This document shows positions 51,699 to 61,551 of a DNA stretch of 64,000 nt, in pieces. This DNA comes from an uncultured delta proteobacterium. GTDB lineage: Bacteria > Desulfobacterota > Desulfobacteria > Desulfobacterales > QNYZ01. The DNA is taken from NCBI GenBank assembly GCA_963845145.1, contig CAWJQU010000002.1, positions 96,001 through 160,000 on the forward strand. Direction: 5' to 3'. Each line of letters opens with the position of its first letter. Positions within the stretch are counted from its first letter, which is position 1. The notes below the pieces were generated by a model. The model was given only the letters and a program-made list of their open reading frames with translations. It ran no database searches and was not told the DNA's origin. A program made the position numbers and the translations under genes.

Positions 51699-52577
51699 TC
51701 ACTCGATATCGTATTTGCGGCCATACCCGCGGGGCGTGTAAATAAAGCGGCCATAATGACGTGTTGTGCTATTCCCTATAAAAACGGTGCTTTGCATATC
51801 TACATGTGCTTGATGCAGTTGTCCCAGGGATGTTGTTGTCACCGTTTGATCGGCCCGCATGACGCTTTTCGCAATCCCTACCGGTGTATCGGCCGCGCGG
51901 TAGGCCATGACTATTTCTTGGGCTTTTTTAAGCTGCCAATCCCTTTTTTTGCTTTTGGGGTTATATAAAACAATCACAAAATCTGCCTGGGCGGCGACCT
52001 CAATGCGTTTTTCGATGACTTCCCAGGGAGTCAGCAAGTCACTTAAACTAATGGCGGCAAAGTCGTGGGTTAGGGGTGCCCCTAGAAGTGCCGCTCCGGC
52101 GCACAACGCCGGAATTCCGGGAATGATTTCGATGGCAACGGTCTCTTTGTCCGGTGATGTGGGCAACGGGGAATAGGGAACGGCCGGAATGTGTCGCGCT
52201 GCCAACATTTCGAATACCAACCCGGCCATGGCGTATATCCCCGGATCGCCACTGGAGATAAGTGCAACCGTGTGACCGGACAAGGCCTTGTCAATGGCTG
52301 CCTCCACGCGCTGAACCTCTTTGGTCATGGCCGTACTAATGATGGTCTTGCCCTCGATTTGGTCACGAACCAGCTCTATATAGGTCTTGTATCCAACAAT
52401 CGTGTCGGCCTCGGCGAGGGCACTCACCGCCCGCTGGGAAAAGTGGTCGGCGTGGCCCGGCCCAATGCCTATTATGAACAGGCCAGGCGCCCCAATGCTA
52501 CGGTCACATTGTTGCTCTTCTGTTTGGTCACGATCAGGTCGCCCCCCTGGGCGGATAGAATGGCTGCGGCTTCGCAT
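51699..52577 (-). CDS. cbiH: cobalt-precorrin-3 C17-methyltransferase (CbiH/CobJ); start unresolved
   Basis: LFIIGIGPG, VGYKTY, SSGDPGIYAMA, HDFAAISLSDLLTPW, LYNPKS, TPRGY. Recognisable sequence begins near 52481. Confidence 0.9.
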   Translation of the reverse strand: MRSRSHSIRPGGRPDRDQTEEQQCDRSIGAPGLFIIGIGPGHADHFSQRAVSALAEADTIVGYKTYIELVRDQIEGKTIISTAMTKEVQRVEAAIDKALSGHTVALISSGDPGIYAMAGLVFEMLAARHIPAVPYSPLPTSPDKETVAIEIIPGIPALCAGAALLGAPLTHDFAAISLSDLLTPWEVIEKRIEVAAQADFVIVLYNPKSKKRDWQLKKAQEIVMAYRAADTPVGIAKSVMRADQTVTTTSLGQLHQAHVDMQSTVFIGNSTTRHYGRFIYTPRGYGRKYDIE

Positions 52578-53518
52578 ACGCTTCTTGCTCCTATATGTTT
52601 GTTAACCACAGCCGAGGGGTTTGGGATCTGCTCCACCCGGTTAAGCTGGGTTTTATTAAAAAACACAATCGGTAGTTGTAAACATTCGGCACCGGCCAGC
52701 AGCCCTTGTTCGTCGGATTTTAAATCGATACTGGCCAAGGTTTTCAAGCTCAATTCGGATAGTCCGTTTTGGCCCATGACCTCCCGCAACAGACCCAGTA
52801 TTTCCGCCTTGGGCGTCCCGCGATTGCAGCCGATACCGGCGGTCAAATTTAAAGGGCGTAAAATAAGGGTCTTTGGGCCTAAGGCCTGACAGCGATCATC
52901 CACATACACCGCTGGACCCGGGTATTGGGCCAATTCCGTCAGCGCCATGGGCCTGGTATGGGGCAATGCGTTCCCAAGAATGCCGTAGGGGTCGTGGGTG
53001 GCAACCATGACATCGGTCAATAAGGCCATGTTGACGGCTTTGATCGCCTCCGCATTTTCGATAATTAGTCCATGCTCAAGGGCAATCACATCAATGGCCG
53101 GTTTACCGTTGGCATCGGTCGCCGTGGTAACAACCGGAGTGGCATGGAGAATTTGGGCCACCTCATGGGCAAAAGCGTTGGCGCCACCGATGTGCCCGGC
53201 CACCAAACTGATGGCAAAATGCCCCGCATCGTCCACCACCACAACAGCGGGATCCCGGGTTTTGTGCCGAATTAAGGGGGCAATCAGCCGAACCACAATA
53301 CCTGTAGACATAAAGAAAAGGTGCCGTTGAAAATCATTAAATTTAGCCGTCACCTTCGATTGAAGTCGGTCGAAAACCTCGCCGTCAAAATCCTGGGACG
53401 CAAGGCGCCGGGACAAAAATAGCGTCGCACGATTCAACCCCGCTTTGGTTTTCAACGCGTGTTCAAGCCCATTGGGCGTGATAGCCCAAAGCGCCGTATC
53501 AGGATTGCCGGTGGGCAT
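52472..53518 (-). CDS. cbiG: cobalt-precorrin-5A hydrolase
   Basis: GIVVRLIAP, DPAVVVVD, GHIGGAN, VTTATD, GIGCNRG, SVCEAAA. Confidence 0.92.
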   Translation of the reverse strand: MPTGNPDTALWAITPNGLEHALKTKAGLNRATLFLSRRLASQDFDGEVFDRLQSKVTAKFNDFQRHLFFMSTGIVVRLIAPLIRHKTRDPAVVVVDDAGHFAISLVAGHIGGANAFAHEVAQILHATPVVTTATDANGKPAIDVIALEHGLIIENAEAIKAVNMALLTDVMVATHDPYGILGNALPHTRPMALTELAQYPGPAVYVDDRCQALGPKTLILRPLNLTAGIGCNRGTPKAEILGLLREVMGQNGLSELSLKTLASIDLKSDEQGLLAGAECLQLPIVFFNKTQLNRVEQIPNPSAVVNKHIGARSVCEAAAILSAQGGDLIVTKQKSNNVTVALGRLACS

Positions 53519-54281
53519 GCAGGAAAGCCTTATCGTATAATTTGGAGCGGTGGTCACTCATCTTTTTATCGATGGCAAGCGCCGGGCTGATAACAATCAC
53601 AGCATGGCGGTCGATGGCCGCTTTTTTAACAACGGACTTAAGATCTGCCACCCGGGTATAGATAACCTGCTCCTCGGGATGGCTGACTTTATAGGCGACG
53701 GCACAATGGGCATCGGGTCCGTAGGTTTTCTTCAGGATTGCGGCAACCCGATCGATCAAGGCCATACTCAAATAGATCACCATGGAGGAGCCATGCCGGG
53801 CCAATTTTTCCAGTGCTTCCTCTTCCGGCACGGGAGTGCGGCCGGCCATGCGAGTGAGTATCACCGTCTGGGTCACATCCGGTATCGTGAATTCCAGGCC
53901 CATGGAAGCTGCCGCGGCGAAGGCCGCGGTTACTCCGGGGATTACCCGATACGGAACCCCATGGGCATCCAGGGCGACCATCTGCTCAAAAATTGCCCCG
54001 TACAGACTGGGATCCCCGGTATGCAAACGCACCACCTGCTTGCCGTTACGAAAGGAACCAACCATCCGGTTGACCATATCGTCTAAATGCATGTCGGCAC
54101 TACTGATACGAATCGCATCCTCGCGACACCATACCAGAACCGCTTCAGGCACCAGAGATCCGGCATAAATAACCAGATCGGCCGCGCGTAAGGCGTTCAT
54201 CCCCTTCACCGTGATGAGCTCCGGGTCGCCGGGGCCGGCGCCGCAAAATATCACCGGATGCTTCAAACACTTATCGGTCAT
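53499..54281 (-). CDS. cbiF: cobalt-precorrin-4 C11-methyltransferase
   Basis: GAGPGDPELITVKG, YAGSLV, RLHTGDPSLYGAIFEQ, TRMAGRT, SKLY. Confidence 0.93.
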   Translation of the reverse strand: MTDKCLKHPVIFCGAGPGDPELITVKGMNALRAADLVIYAGSLVPEAVLVWCREDAIRISSADMHLDDMVNRMVGSFRNGKQVVRLHTGDPSLYGAIFEQMVALDAHGVPYRVIPGVTAAFAAAASMGLEFTIPDVTQTVILTRMAGRTPVPEEEALEKLARHGSSMVIYLSMALIDRVAAILKKTYGPDAHCAVAYKVSHPEEQVIYTRVADLKSVVKKAAIDRHAVIVISPALAIDKKMSDHRSKLYDKAFLHAHRQS

Positions 54282-55549
54282 ATAGTCATTTCCCCTCGAA
54301 TGAGCCACACAGGGTTTTGGGCCTCAAGCCGTTCATCAAACGGCATGGTTTTGCTGTGGGCGATTTGAATTTGGGTAGTCTCCACCGCCAGACCGTGCCG
54401 ACGCAATACGGTCACGGCGGTCTGTAAATTTACCAGCAGGACGGTGTTGATAACAATGACGCCCCGATCAGGTAAATAGGTCAAAGCCCCGGTGATGATG
54501 GCTTCCAATTGACGCCCACCGCCACCGATAAAGATTCGGTCGGGCCTGGGTAAATCGGCCAGCCCGGCAGGCAGCTCGAGGCAAAAGGCCTCTAAATTAT
54601 ACACCCCAAACCGTTGGGCATTGGCCCGAATTTGCTCAACCCGCTCGGACTGACGTTCCACAGAACAGATTCGACCATGCCCGAGAAGCAAGGACGCCTC
54701 CACGCCGACCGAACCGCTTCCCGCGCCCAGATCCCATAAAGTCTGCCCCGGCAGTAACGCCAATTTTCCCAATGCCGCAGTCCGGACATCGCTTTTGGTG
54801 ATCAGGCCGCCCATATGCTCAAAAGCCGTCTCGGGCATTCCAATGTGCAACCTGGGCAACCGGGCGCTTGATGTATCTGAATGGGCAGGCGAATCCGATG
54901 CATTGGATCCTGATTGATTAAAATCCGGGGTCGTTTTAAGAATAACAATATTGGGGTCTGTGTAGGCGGTTTTAACGGCCGCTTTTAATGAATACCATTG
55001 AAAATGCTCATCGGTCATCCCCAGCCTGGAAAAGATGCCCATTTTTAGGGCTTTCACGCCACAATGAAGTAAAAACAAGGCCAGCCAATTGGGATTCTTC
55101 TGTGAATCGGTCAATACGGCCACGTATTGATGACGCTTTAGGGCGGCCAAGAGTTCAAATTCACGGGATCGGCCATGCAAACTGATGGTGCGGGCATCAC
55201 TCCAAGGCACCTTGATACGCGCAAATGCGGCCGCTACAGACGAGATGTTGGGATGAAATTTTACATTGTCGCCACCGATGCGCTTGACGATCAAAGACCC
55301 TATACCGAAAAAAAGTGGGTCTCCCGAGGCCAGAACTACGACTAGCCGGTCTTCCATGTGTTCTTGAATAAAGTCGACAGTCGTACCTATTTTTCGGTCG
55401 ATGATACGCGTGGTCACATCCAGATGGTTAAAATGAGATAGATGGCGGCGCCCCCCCACCAGGATCTCAGCCGAATTAATCAAGGCCAAGTGACGCGAAG
55501 TGAGGTCTTCCGGCGAAACACCCATACCGATAATGTGAACCATCTTCAT
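54278..55549 (-). CDS. cbiET: fused precorrin-6Y C5,15-methyltransferase (decarboxylating) CbiE/CbiT
   Basis: LASGDPLFFGIG and SLHGR, then ITKSDVR, WDLGAGSGSV, FIGGG, NPV. Confidence 0.92.
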   Translation of the reverse strand: MKMVHIIGMGVSPEDLTSRHLALINSAEILVGGRRHLSHFNHLDVTTRIIDRKIGTTVDFIQEHMEDRLVVVLASGDPLFFGIGSLIVKRIGGDNVKFHPNISSVAAAFARIKVPWSDARTISLHGRSREFELLAALKRHQYVAVLTDSQKNPNWLALFLLHCGVKALKMGIFSRLGMTDEHFQWYSLKAAVKTAYTDPNIVILKTTPDFNQSGSNASDSPAHSDTSSARLPRLHIGMPETAFEHMGGLITKSDVRTAALGKLALLPGQTLWDLGAGSGSVGVEASLLLGHGRICSVERQSERVEQIRANAQRFGVYNLEAFCLELPAGLADLPRPDRIFIGGGGRQLEAIITGALTYLPDRGVIVINTVLLVNLQTAVTVLRRHGLAVETTQIQIAHSKTMPFDERLEAQNPVWLIRGEMTI

Positions 55550-56649
55550 ACCGCCTCGTCCGAATCGTAAAAGATATCTCCATCAAAGTTAAAAATCACA
55601 GCGCGGACATGGACGGCCGCGCCGACAAACTTGCCCGCCGCCACTACAATTTCACGCCCCACCCGCTCAATCACCTGGGGATGGTCCTCTTTTAACAAGT
55701 CAAAGGCGTGCCGGGCCGTGTTGGCCTGTGCGATCACGTCACGCAACCCCGCCTCACCCGAAATATCAAACGCCCATTGGGCCAACTGCTCGAGGGTCAA
55801 TCGGGCAGATCGCGCATGCGTGTGGGGAATGCCCTGGGCCATTTTCACGGCTTTTCCAAAAAAGACCGCCAAAATTACCCGTTTAAATCGGTGACGATCA
55901 ACCCGTTGCAAGCTCTCTTTAAAAAAGTCTCCGATTTGAACAAACGCTTCAGGGGCCAAGCGATCCCAGTGGCCCTGAGCGAATCGTTCGCTCCGGCGGC
56001 CGGTGGTCAAGACGACTTCATCATTACCGGCGGCCCGGGCCACGGACAGGGCGGATTCAATGGTGGCCACATAAGCGGCGTGGGACAATGGCCGCACCTC
56101 ACCCGTCGTACCGAGGATTGAAATTCCCCCGAGAATCCCCAGGCGGGCATTGAGAGTCTTTCGGGCCAGGCGCTCTCCGGCGGGGACAAACACTTCAACT
56201 GAAGCTGAAACATCCCCTGGTTGAGCCGTCAACAGCGCTTGTATCGCCTGTGTAATCATTTTGCGGGGCCCCCGGGTGATGGCCGCTTCGCCGGGTGAAA
56301 TGGAAAGACCGGGTTTTGTCACCCTGCCGACACCCACACCACCGGTAATTTTAATCACCGGTTGTTTCACGCCGACAGTGAGGGTAACCTTGGCCCCGAC
56401 AACAGCCCGATGGGTGATATCGGGGTCATCCCCGGCATCTTTAATGACCGTACATTCCGCCACCATAGGCTTCAGCTGACGGCAGGTCCGAAGGGGGATC
56501 TCGATTCGGCGTCCTGTCAGCAAATCAATGGCCACTTTTTGAGGAGACTTGGAATCAAGAATGAATTGCAGCGCCCCCTTGGCGGCCGCCGCAGCGGCCG
56601 CTCCCGTCGTAAAGCCTTTGCGTAAACGTTTGGTGGCGGGCTGACTCAT
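55546..56649 (-). CDS. cbiD: cobalt-precorrin-5B C1-methyltransferase
   Basis: LRKGFTTGA, KDAGDDPDITH, GVGRVTKPGL, TLNARLGILGGISILGTTG. Confidence 0.95.
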   Translation of the reverse strand: MSQPATKRLRKGFTTGAAAAAAAKGALQFILDSKSPQKVAIDLLTGRRIEIPLRTCRQLKPMVAECTVIKDAGDDPDITHRAVVGAKVTLTVGVKQPVIKITGGVGVGRVTKPGLSISPGEAAITRGPRKMITQAIQALLTAQPGDVSASVEVFVPAGERLARKTLNARLGILGGISILGTTGEVRPLSHAAYVATIESALSVARAAGNDEVVLTTGRRSERFAQGHWDRLAPEAFVQIGDFFKESLQRVDRHRFKRVILAVFFGKAVKMAQGIPHTHARSARLTLEQLAQWAFDISGEAGLRDVIAQANTARHAFDLLKEDHPQVIERVGREIVVAAGKFVGAAVHVRAVIFNFDGDIFYDSDEAV

Positions 56650-56652
56650 TTT

Positions 56653-57270
56653 TCAGTTGTTTTCATCCGCCATAATCAAAAGCGCATTGATGACACTGGC
56701 CGCCACATTGGAGCCCCCCTTGCGGCCCACATTGGTAATGTACGGCACATCTTCCTTCAACAGGGCCTCCTTCGACTCTGCCGCATTAACGAATCCCACC
56801 GGTAGCCCCACAATCAAGGCCGGTTTGGCCGATCCTTTTTTAACCTGTTCAATCAACCGCAAAAGGGCGGTAGGGGCGTTCCCGACTACATAAATCCCTT
56901 CGGCCACAAGGTCCAAAGCGGCATCCACGGCGACCTGGGCCCGGGTCGTCCCTTCAGCTTCGGCTTGCTTGGCGATTTCCCGATCCGAAATGAGGCAGTG
57001 GACCCTACACCCAAGCTGAAGCAACTCTTTTTTTCGTATCCCTGATTGAGCCATATGTGTATCGGTAACGATGGCGCTGCCTGCACGAATGGCTTCAAGG
57101 CCGGCTGTAACTGCCTGGGGGTGAAAACAGGTCATTTTTACATAGTCGAAATCCGCGGTCGTATGGATCATGCGGCGAACAATCCGCCACTGCTTGGGCG
57201 TAAAATCGTGGGCACCTGCTTCGTCGTCAATGATCTCAAAACTGCGACGTTCAATGTCGTTGGGGTTCAT
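56653..57270 (-). CDS. cbiC: cobalt-precorrin-8 methylmutase
   Basis: IERRSFEII, RMIHTTAD, GNAPTAL, PVGFVNAAESK, GRKGGS. Confidence 0.95.
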   Translation of the reverse strand: MNPNDIERRSFEIIDDEAGAHDFTPKQWRIVRRMIHTTADFDYVKMTCFHPQAVTAGLEAIRAGSAIVTDTHMAQSGIRKKELLQLGCRVHCLISDREIAKQAEAEGTTRAQVAVDAALDLVAEGIYVVGNAPTALLRLIEQVKKGSAKPALIVGLPVGFVNAAESKEALLKEDVPYITNVGRKGGSNVAASVINALLIMADENN

Positions 57271-58708
57271 AGGTTTTTTTCCTTTCTTGCCGGTACACCC
57301 GACAGTTATCAATAAACGCGGCCGCTATTTCGGGCCGGCTGCCAAAATGCAGATGTATATAACTTCCCAAGGTACGTCCCCGCAAATAACCTTGGGCAGG
57401 CCTATCCACGCCTGCACGATCGGTAACCTCATAGAGGTCAGAGCGGCAGGCGTCACTCATGGTCTGGTTTTCTGATGATGCCGCAATTTCCGAGTAGTGA
57501 AACTCATGTCCCCGGATGGTCGTGCCGCGCATCCCGATAATCGTATCTTGCGTCAGGGTCACCTCACGATAGCCCAGTCGCCTTAAATGTTTTGTCATGC
57601 GGGTACGCATGGGAAAACAACCCGTCATATCATGGACATTCCCATGTGTGTCTTCAATGGTGGCACACAGGTACATTAAACCACCGCACTCTCCGTAAAT
57701 CGGCATGCCACTTTGGCTGGCCACCAGAACTTGATGCCGCAGGGTTTCATTTTGCGCCAGTTGGGCGGCGTGTAACTCCGGGTACCCGCCACCGAAATAG
57801 ATGCCGTCCAAATCCGGTGGCAAAGACCGATCCGCAATGGGCGAGAAAGGAACCAGCTCGGCCCCTTGCTGCTCTATCAAATCGAGATTGTCTGCGTAGT
57901 AGAAACAAAAGGCGCGATCATGCGCCCAACCGATTCGAATCCTTCTTTTTCCATCAACGCCGGGATCAGGCGGCGAATCTGCGGCGATTGCAGGTGAAAT
58001 GGAAATCGTAGGTAACCGGTCGAGAAAGGCGTCGATATCTACTGCCGATACGACCATGTCGGCCATTGTAGAGGCCCATGCTTCGGAGAGGGGGTGATCT
58101 TCAGCCGTTACCAGCCCCAGGTGCCGTTCGGGCAGGGTGATCTCATCATTACGGAATAACCCACCGATACAGGGCATGCGCACATGGCCCGCCAAAGCGG
58201 TGCGGACATAGTCCAGATGCGCAGCACTGCCCAGCCGATTGAATAGTACACCGGTAAAAGGCACGCTGTTATCGAAGGTTTCAAACCCTTGCACCAGCGC
58301 AGCCGCACTGCGAGCCATACTTCTCGCGTCGACCACCAGGAGTACCGGTGCCTGCAACCATTTGGCCATCTCGGCGGTCGATCCCGCTTCCGACTGACCG
58401 CTGAACCCATCATATAAACCCATCACTCCTTCCACCACCGCGATATCGGCATCGCGACAATGGGTGTGAAAGATCGTCCGGTTCGTTTCGCGGTTCATCA
58501 TCCACCCATCCAGATTGCGGCTGATCTTATCGCAGATGACGCGATGGTGACCGGGATCGATAAAATCGGGCCCGACTTTGAAAGGCGCCACCCGTAAACC
58601 CCGTCGCCTCAGCGCGGCCATCAATCCCAGCGTAATGGTGGTTTTACCGGAACCACTGTGGGTACCGGCAACAACAACCGCTTTGAGAGCCTTTTTAGCA
58701 GAAGGCAT
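57251..58708 (-). CDS. cbiA: cobyrinate a,c-diamide synthase
   Basis: SGSGKTT, FKVGPDFIDP, EGVMGLYDG, ERHLGL, GGGYPE, ECGGLMYL, GHEFHYS. Confidence 0.95.
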   Translation of the reverse strand: MPSAKKALKAVVVAGTHSGSGKTTITLGLMAALRRRGLRVAPFKVGPDFIDPGHHRVICDKISRNLDGWMMNRETNRTIFHTHCRDADIAVVEGVMGLYDGFSGQSEAGSTAEMAKWLQAPVLLVVDARSMARSAAALVQGFETFDNSVPFTGVLFNRLGSAAHLDYVRTALAGHVRMPCIGGLFRNDEITLPERHLGLVTAEDHPLSEAWASTMADMVVSAVDIDAFLDRLPTISISPAIAADSPPDPGVDGKRRIRIGWAHDRAFCFYYADNLDLIEQQGAELVPFSPIADRSLPPDLDGIYFGGGYPELHAAQLAQNETLRHQVLVASQSGMPIYGECGGLMYLCATIEDTHGNVHDMTGCFPMRTRMTKHLRRLGYREVTLTQDTIIGMRGTTIRGHEFHYSEIAASSENQTMSDACRSDLYEVTDRAGVDRPAQGYLRGRTLGSYIHLHFGSRPEIAAAFIDNCRVYRQERKKTYEPQRH

Positions 58709-59768
58709 AATAAATGACTCCCACAAGGATCAGGCTGACAACGCGATACCCCTGGCCCAACAACAATAGCTGGGTGCCCATTTTAGGTGCAAAGATACCA
58801 ATGTAGCGGGGTAGTTGATGTCTCAAGGCGCGCATGGGAAAAGCAACGATGTTGCCGATCAACAATGCCAATGCCGTTTGCTTGGTGGTCAAAACACCGG
58901 CATCAAGCATGGCCCCGGCGGCTGCAAACCCTGAAGTGAATTCCGCTGCAAAGCTTAGAACAATCACAGATAATGCCTCGATCGGTATAAAGGTCGTCAC
59001 CACAACCCCTGCCAGCCATTGCCGGGTGATATCGAAAAAGCCCATCGCGTTTAGAATAAAAACCGCGATATAGACCGGAATCATATAAACGACAATGGAG
59101 ACCACCCGTCTGGGTAGTTTTTGTTTGACATTCAGCCAAACCCTCGCGGCGACGTTCTCATTTTTTTTGGTGAATGGCTGCCCGTTGTCTTTTTCGGGGC
59201 CGATCCCCGAAAAACGGGAAAGAGGGGGAAGCCGGACATACCCATATAGTAATACGAAAAAAGTCCGTAACAATACCGCGAGGAAGGTCAACAGGAAATA
59301 AAGGCCCCCGGCCACGCCCGTCAAAGGGATCACAATAAAGATTGTCGTGGGCAAATGCAGAAAATAGGCCGGCAATTGATTGATCAGATTGGTAAGGAAA
59401 AGTTGACCGCGACTGATTTTGCCATCTTTGTAAAAATCAACCAACATCGCGTTGGCAGCTACCCCGGAAAAAAAAGCGGTTGTAAAGGCTGCGCCACAAT
59501 GCAGTCCCAGGCGACTGAAATGAAAAAAGGGACGGGCCAAAACCGCTAAAAAACGGGTCCAACCGACAGACTCGATGATCTGTCCCACCGCCAAGCCGAT
59601 CGTGATGAACAGCATTAACCGAAATAGAGGCACGATTAGCTTACGACCCAAAAATACCGGGTCAACCGATTCGCTGAAAATGAGCCACCCTCCCAGCATA
59701 ATGGCGGATATTCCCAGCGATACCGCAAGGGCGCGGTAGCTGAGGGGTTTATGCCTTCTCGCGACCAT
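58695..59768 (-). CDS. nucleoside-recognition (Gate) domain-like membrane protein
   Basis: Multi-TM protein with AFTTAFFSGVAANAML, LPAYFLHLP and ALRHQLP; overlaps both cbiL and cbiA. Confidence 0.72.
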   Translation of the reverse strand: MVARRHKPLSYRALAVSLGISAIMLGGWLIFSESVDPVFLGRKLIVPLFRLMLFITIGLAVGQIIESVGWTRFLAVLARPFFHFSRLGLHCGAAFTTAFFSGVAANAMLVDFYKDGKISRGQLFLTNLINQLPAYFLHLPTTIFIVIPLTGVAGGLYFLLTFLAVLLRTFFVLLYGYVRLPPLSRFSGIGPEKDNGQPFTKKNENVAARVWLNVKQKLPRRVVSIVVYMIPVYIAVFILNAMGFFDITRQWLAGVVVTTFIPIEALSVIVLSFAAEFTSGFAAAGAMLDAGVLTTKQTALALLIGNIVAFPMRALRHQLPRYIGIFAPKMGTQLLLLGQGYRVVSLILVGVIYYAFC

Positions 59769-60498
59769 TTGCCTTCTTTCTTTTAGCAATAATCAAGGTC
59801 CAATAGTTGGGCGGAAGTTCAAGCAGGTCACGAATATCATGATAAACCACTTCATTCGGCCGGCCGCAATTGGTTATCCCGACACTCGATTCCGCCAAGC
59901 CAGCATTTTCCAATGACGCGTACACCCCCTTAAGATCTCGATATGCTTTTAGAAAAACGACGTTATCCGAATCGACCGGCAGTGACTTGAAATTGTTCTC
60001 CCCTTTGACACCCGACATGACCAACAAAGATTCATGTCCCTCCACCAGGGGTGTATTGGTGCGGGCAGCGGCGGCCTGATAGGAAGTAATGCCCGGAATC
60101 GTCACGATATTAACGTCGTTCGAAAGGTTTTTTAGATGTCGAATGGTGTATCCATAAGTCGAATAGGTCAGGGGGTCTCCTAATGTGAGAAAAGCAGCGT
60201 TTTCGCCGGAATTGAGCACCTCCAGGATTCTGGACGCATTTTTTTCCCAAGCCCGTTCTTTGACCGCCTGATCCCGGCTCATGGGAAAGTCCATTTTTTC
60301 GATGGGTGTACCCGGGGAAATATGGCTGCGGGCAATTTCCACGGCTAAAGAGTAATTATTCCGGGTCGAAGCGGCTGTAAATACCCGGTCAACTTCACGG
60401 CTGAGTAGGCGGGCGGCCTTAATAGGAATCAATTCCGGATCTCCGGGTCCCACGCCAATCCCGAACAAAGTGCCGATAGTCTTGATATTTTTTTTCAT
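59749..60498 (-). CDS. cbiL: cobalt-precorrin-2 C20-methyltransferase
   Basis: GIGVGPGDPELI, FPM, FLTLGDPLTYSTY, IPGITS, VFLK. Confidence 0.92.
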   Translation of the reverse strand: MKKNIKTIGTLFGIGVGPGDPELIPIKAARLLSREVDRVFTAASTRNNYSLAVEIARSHISPGTPIEKMDFPMSRDQAVKERAWEKNASRILEVLNSGENAAFLTLGDPLTYSTYGYTIRHLKNLSNDVNIVTIPGITSYQAAAARTNTPLVEGHESLLVMSGVKGENNFKSLPVDSDNVVFLKAYRDLKGVYASLENAGLAESSVGITNCGRPNEVVYHDIRDLLELPPNYWTLIIAKRKKANGREKA

Positions 60499-61547
60499 GA
60501 TGCCTCGTATGATTTGCATATTCCTGGAAATGAAACCGGAAATAGATTTGGGTAGAGGATCGCGCCGATTTCACAAATACCGCTGATTAACCGCATTGTG
60601 GGCCGGGAAACGATGGCCTCATCAATGGTATAAACCTGCCCTTCTCCAACCGCCTTAATCGCATCAAAACCCGGTTCATTAAGTATCTGCTCAACACTGG
60701 CCGGGTTCATGGTGCCACGCTGGGCCAGGTACACGTCGATCCGGCTTCCCCGTGATAAAATGCGCTCTTTACCGAAAAAGGCGATATTGGTGCCGCGCAC
60801 CGAACGTGCATCGTCGGCCACATTAATCCCACCGGCAATGTTCAGCGCCGATATCGCCATGGCCGTGGCGGTAAACGTCTTCATTTTTTTGTGGATCGCC
60901 TCAAAGTACACCCGCTTTTTGGGATTCAGGGTTTGGGTGACCACCTGAATGGCCATCCTTTGGCGCGTAAAGGTCGACACCATCTCGCCGGCTGCCGGCT
61001 CCCTTCCGACGAGGCGACCCAACACCTGCCAATAGGCAGCCATCTCATTTAAAGTCGCGGGTTGAAGCGAAACCACAACGATACCGTAATTCTCAAGTTG
61101 CCCCACCAGGCGGGCATAAGCCCGGTCGATCATGGGACGAATCAGGACCAGATCGGGACGAACGGATAAAAATTTTTCCAGATCATCCCGTTGGGATAAT
61201 AGAAGTTTCCGAGCCGCTTCAGCCGGGAAGTCACTACTTTTAGAGACACCGATCAATTGCCCTGCCGCCCCCAAAGCATACAAATTTTCCGTATGTGCGC
61301 CGTATAATGAAATCACCCGCTGAAAGGGTGATTTCACATTAATCTTTCGGCCGGCCTGGTCAATAATCCCCATCTCTCCGACCAATCCCATGGTTTTAGG
61401 CCCCAGGTTATCGGCACCCAGGGCATCGGCGCTAAAGAGATCCATGGGTTGAGAAAACACGGGTTGAGAAATCATGAAAAAAATCAGCAGGCCAATAAGC
61501 CGTAAAACAAAATCGTATCGAAAAACGAGTACCAACCGTTCAATCAT
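60495..61547 (-). CDS. ABC transporter substrate-binding protein (BtuF/FeIII-siderophore class)
   Basis: RVISLYGAHTENL, PDLVL, AGGIN, VSRPTMR. Confidence 0.87.
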   Translation of the reverse strand: MIERLVLVFRYDFVLRLIGLLIFFMISQPVFSQPMDLFSADALGADNLGPKTMGLVGEMGIIDQAGRKINVKSPFQRVISLYGAHTENLYALGAAGQLIGVSKSSDFPAEAARKLLLSQRDDLEKFLSVRPDLVLIRPMIDRAYARLVGQLENYGIVVVSLQPATLNEMAAYWQVLGRLVGREPAAGEMVSTFTRQRMAIQVVTQTLNPKKRVYFEAIHKKMKTFTATAMAISALNIAGGINVADDARSVRGTNIAFFGKERILSRGSRIDVYLAQRGTMNPASVEQILNEPGFDAIKAVGEGQVYTIDEAIVSRPTMRLISGICEIGAILYPNLFPVSFPGICKSYEAS

Positions 61548-61551
61548 GACG

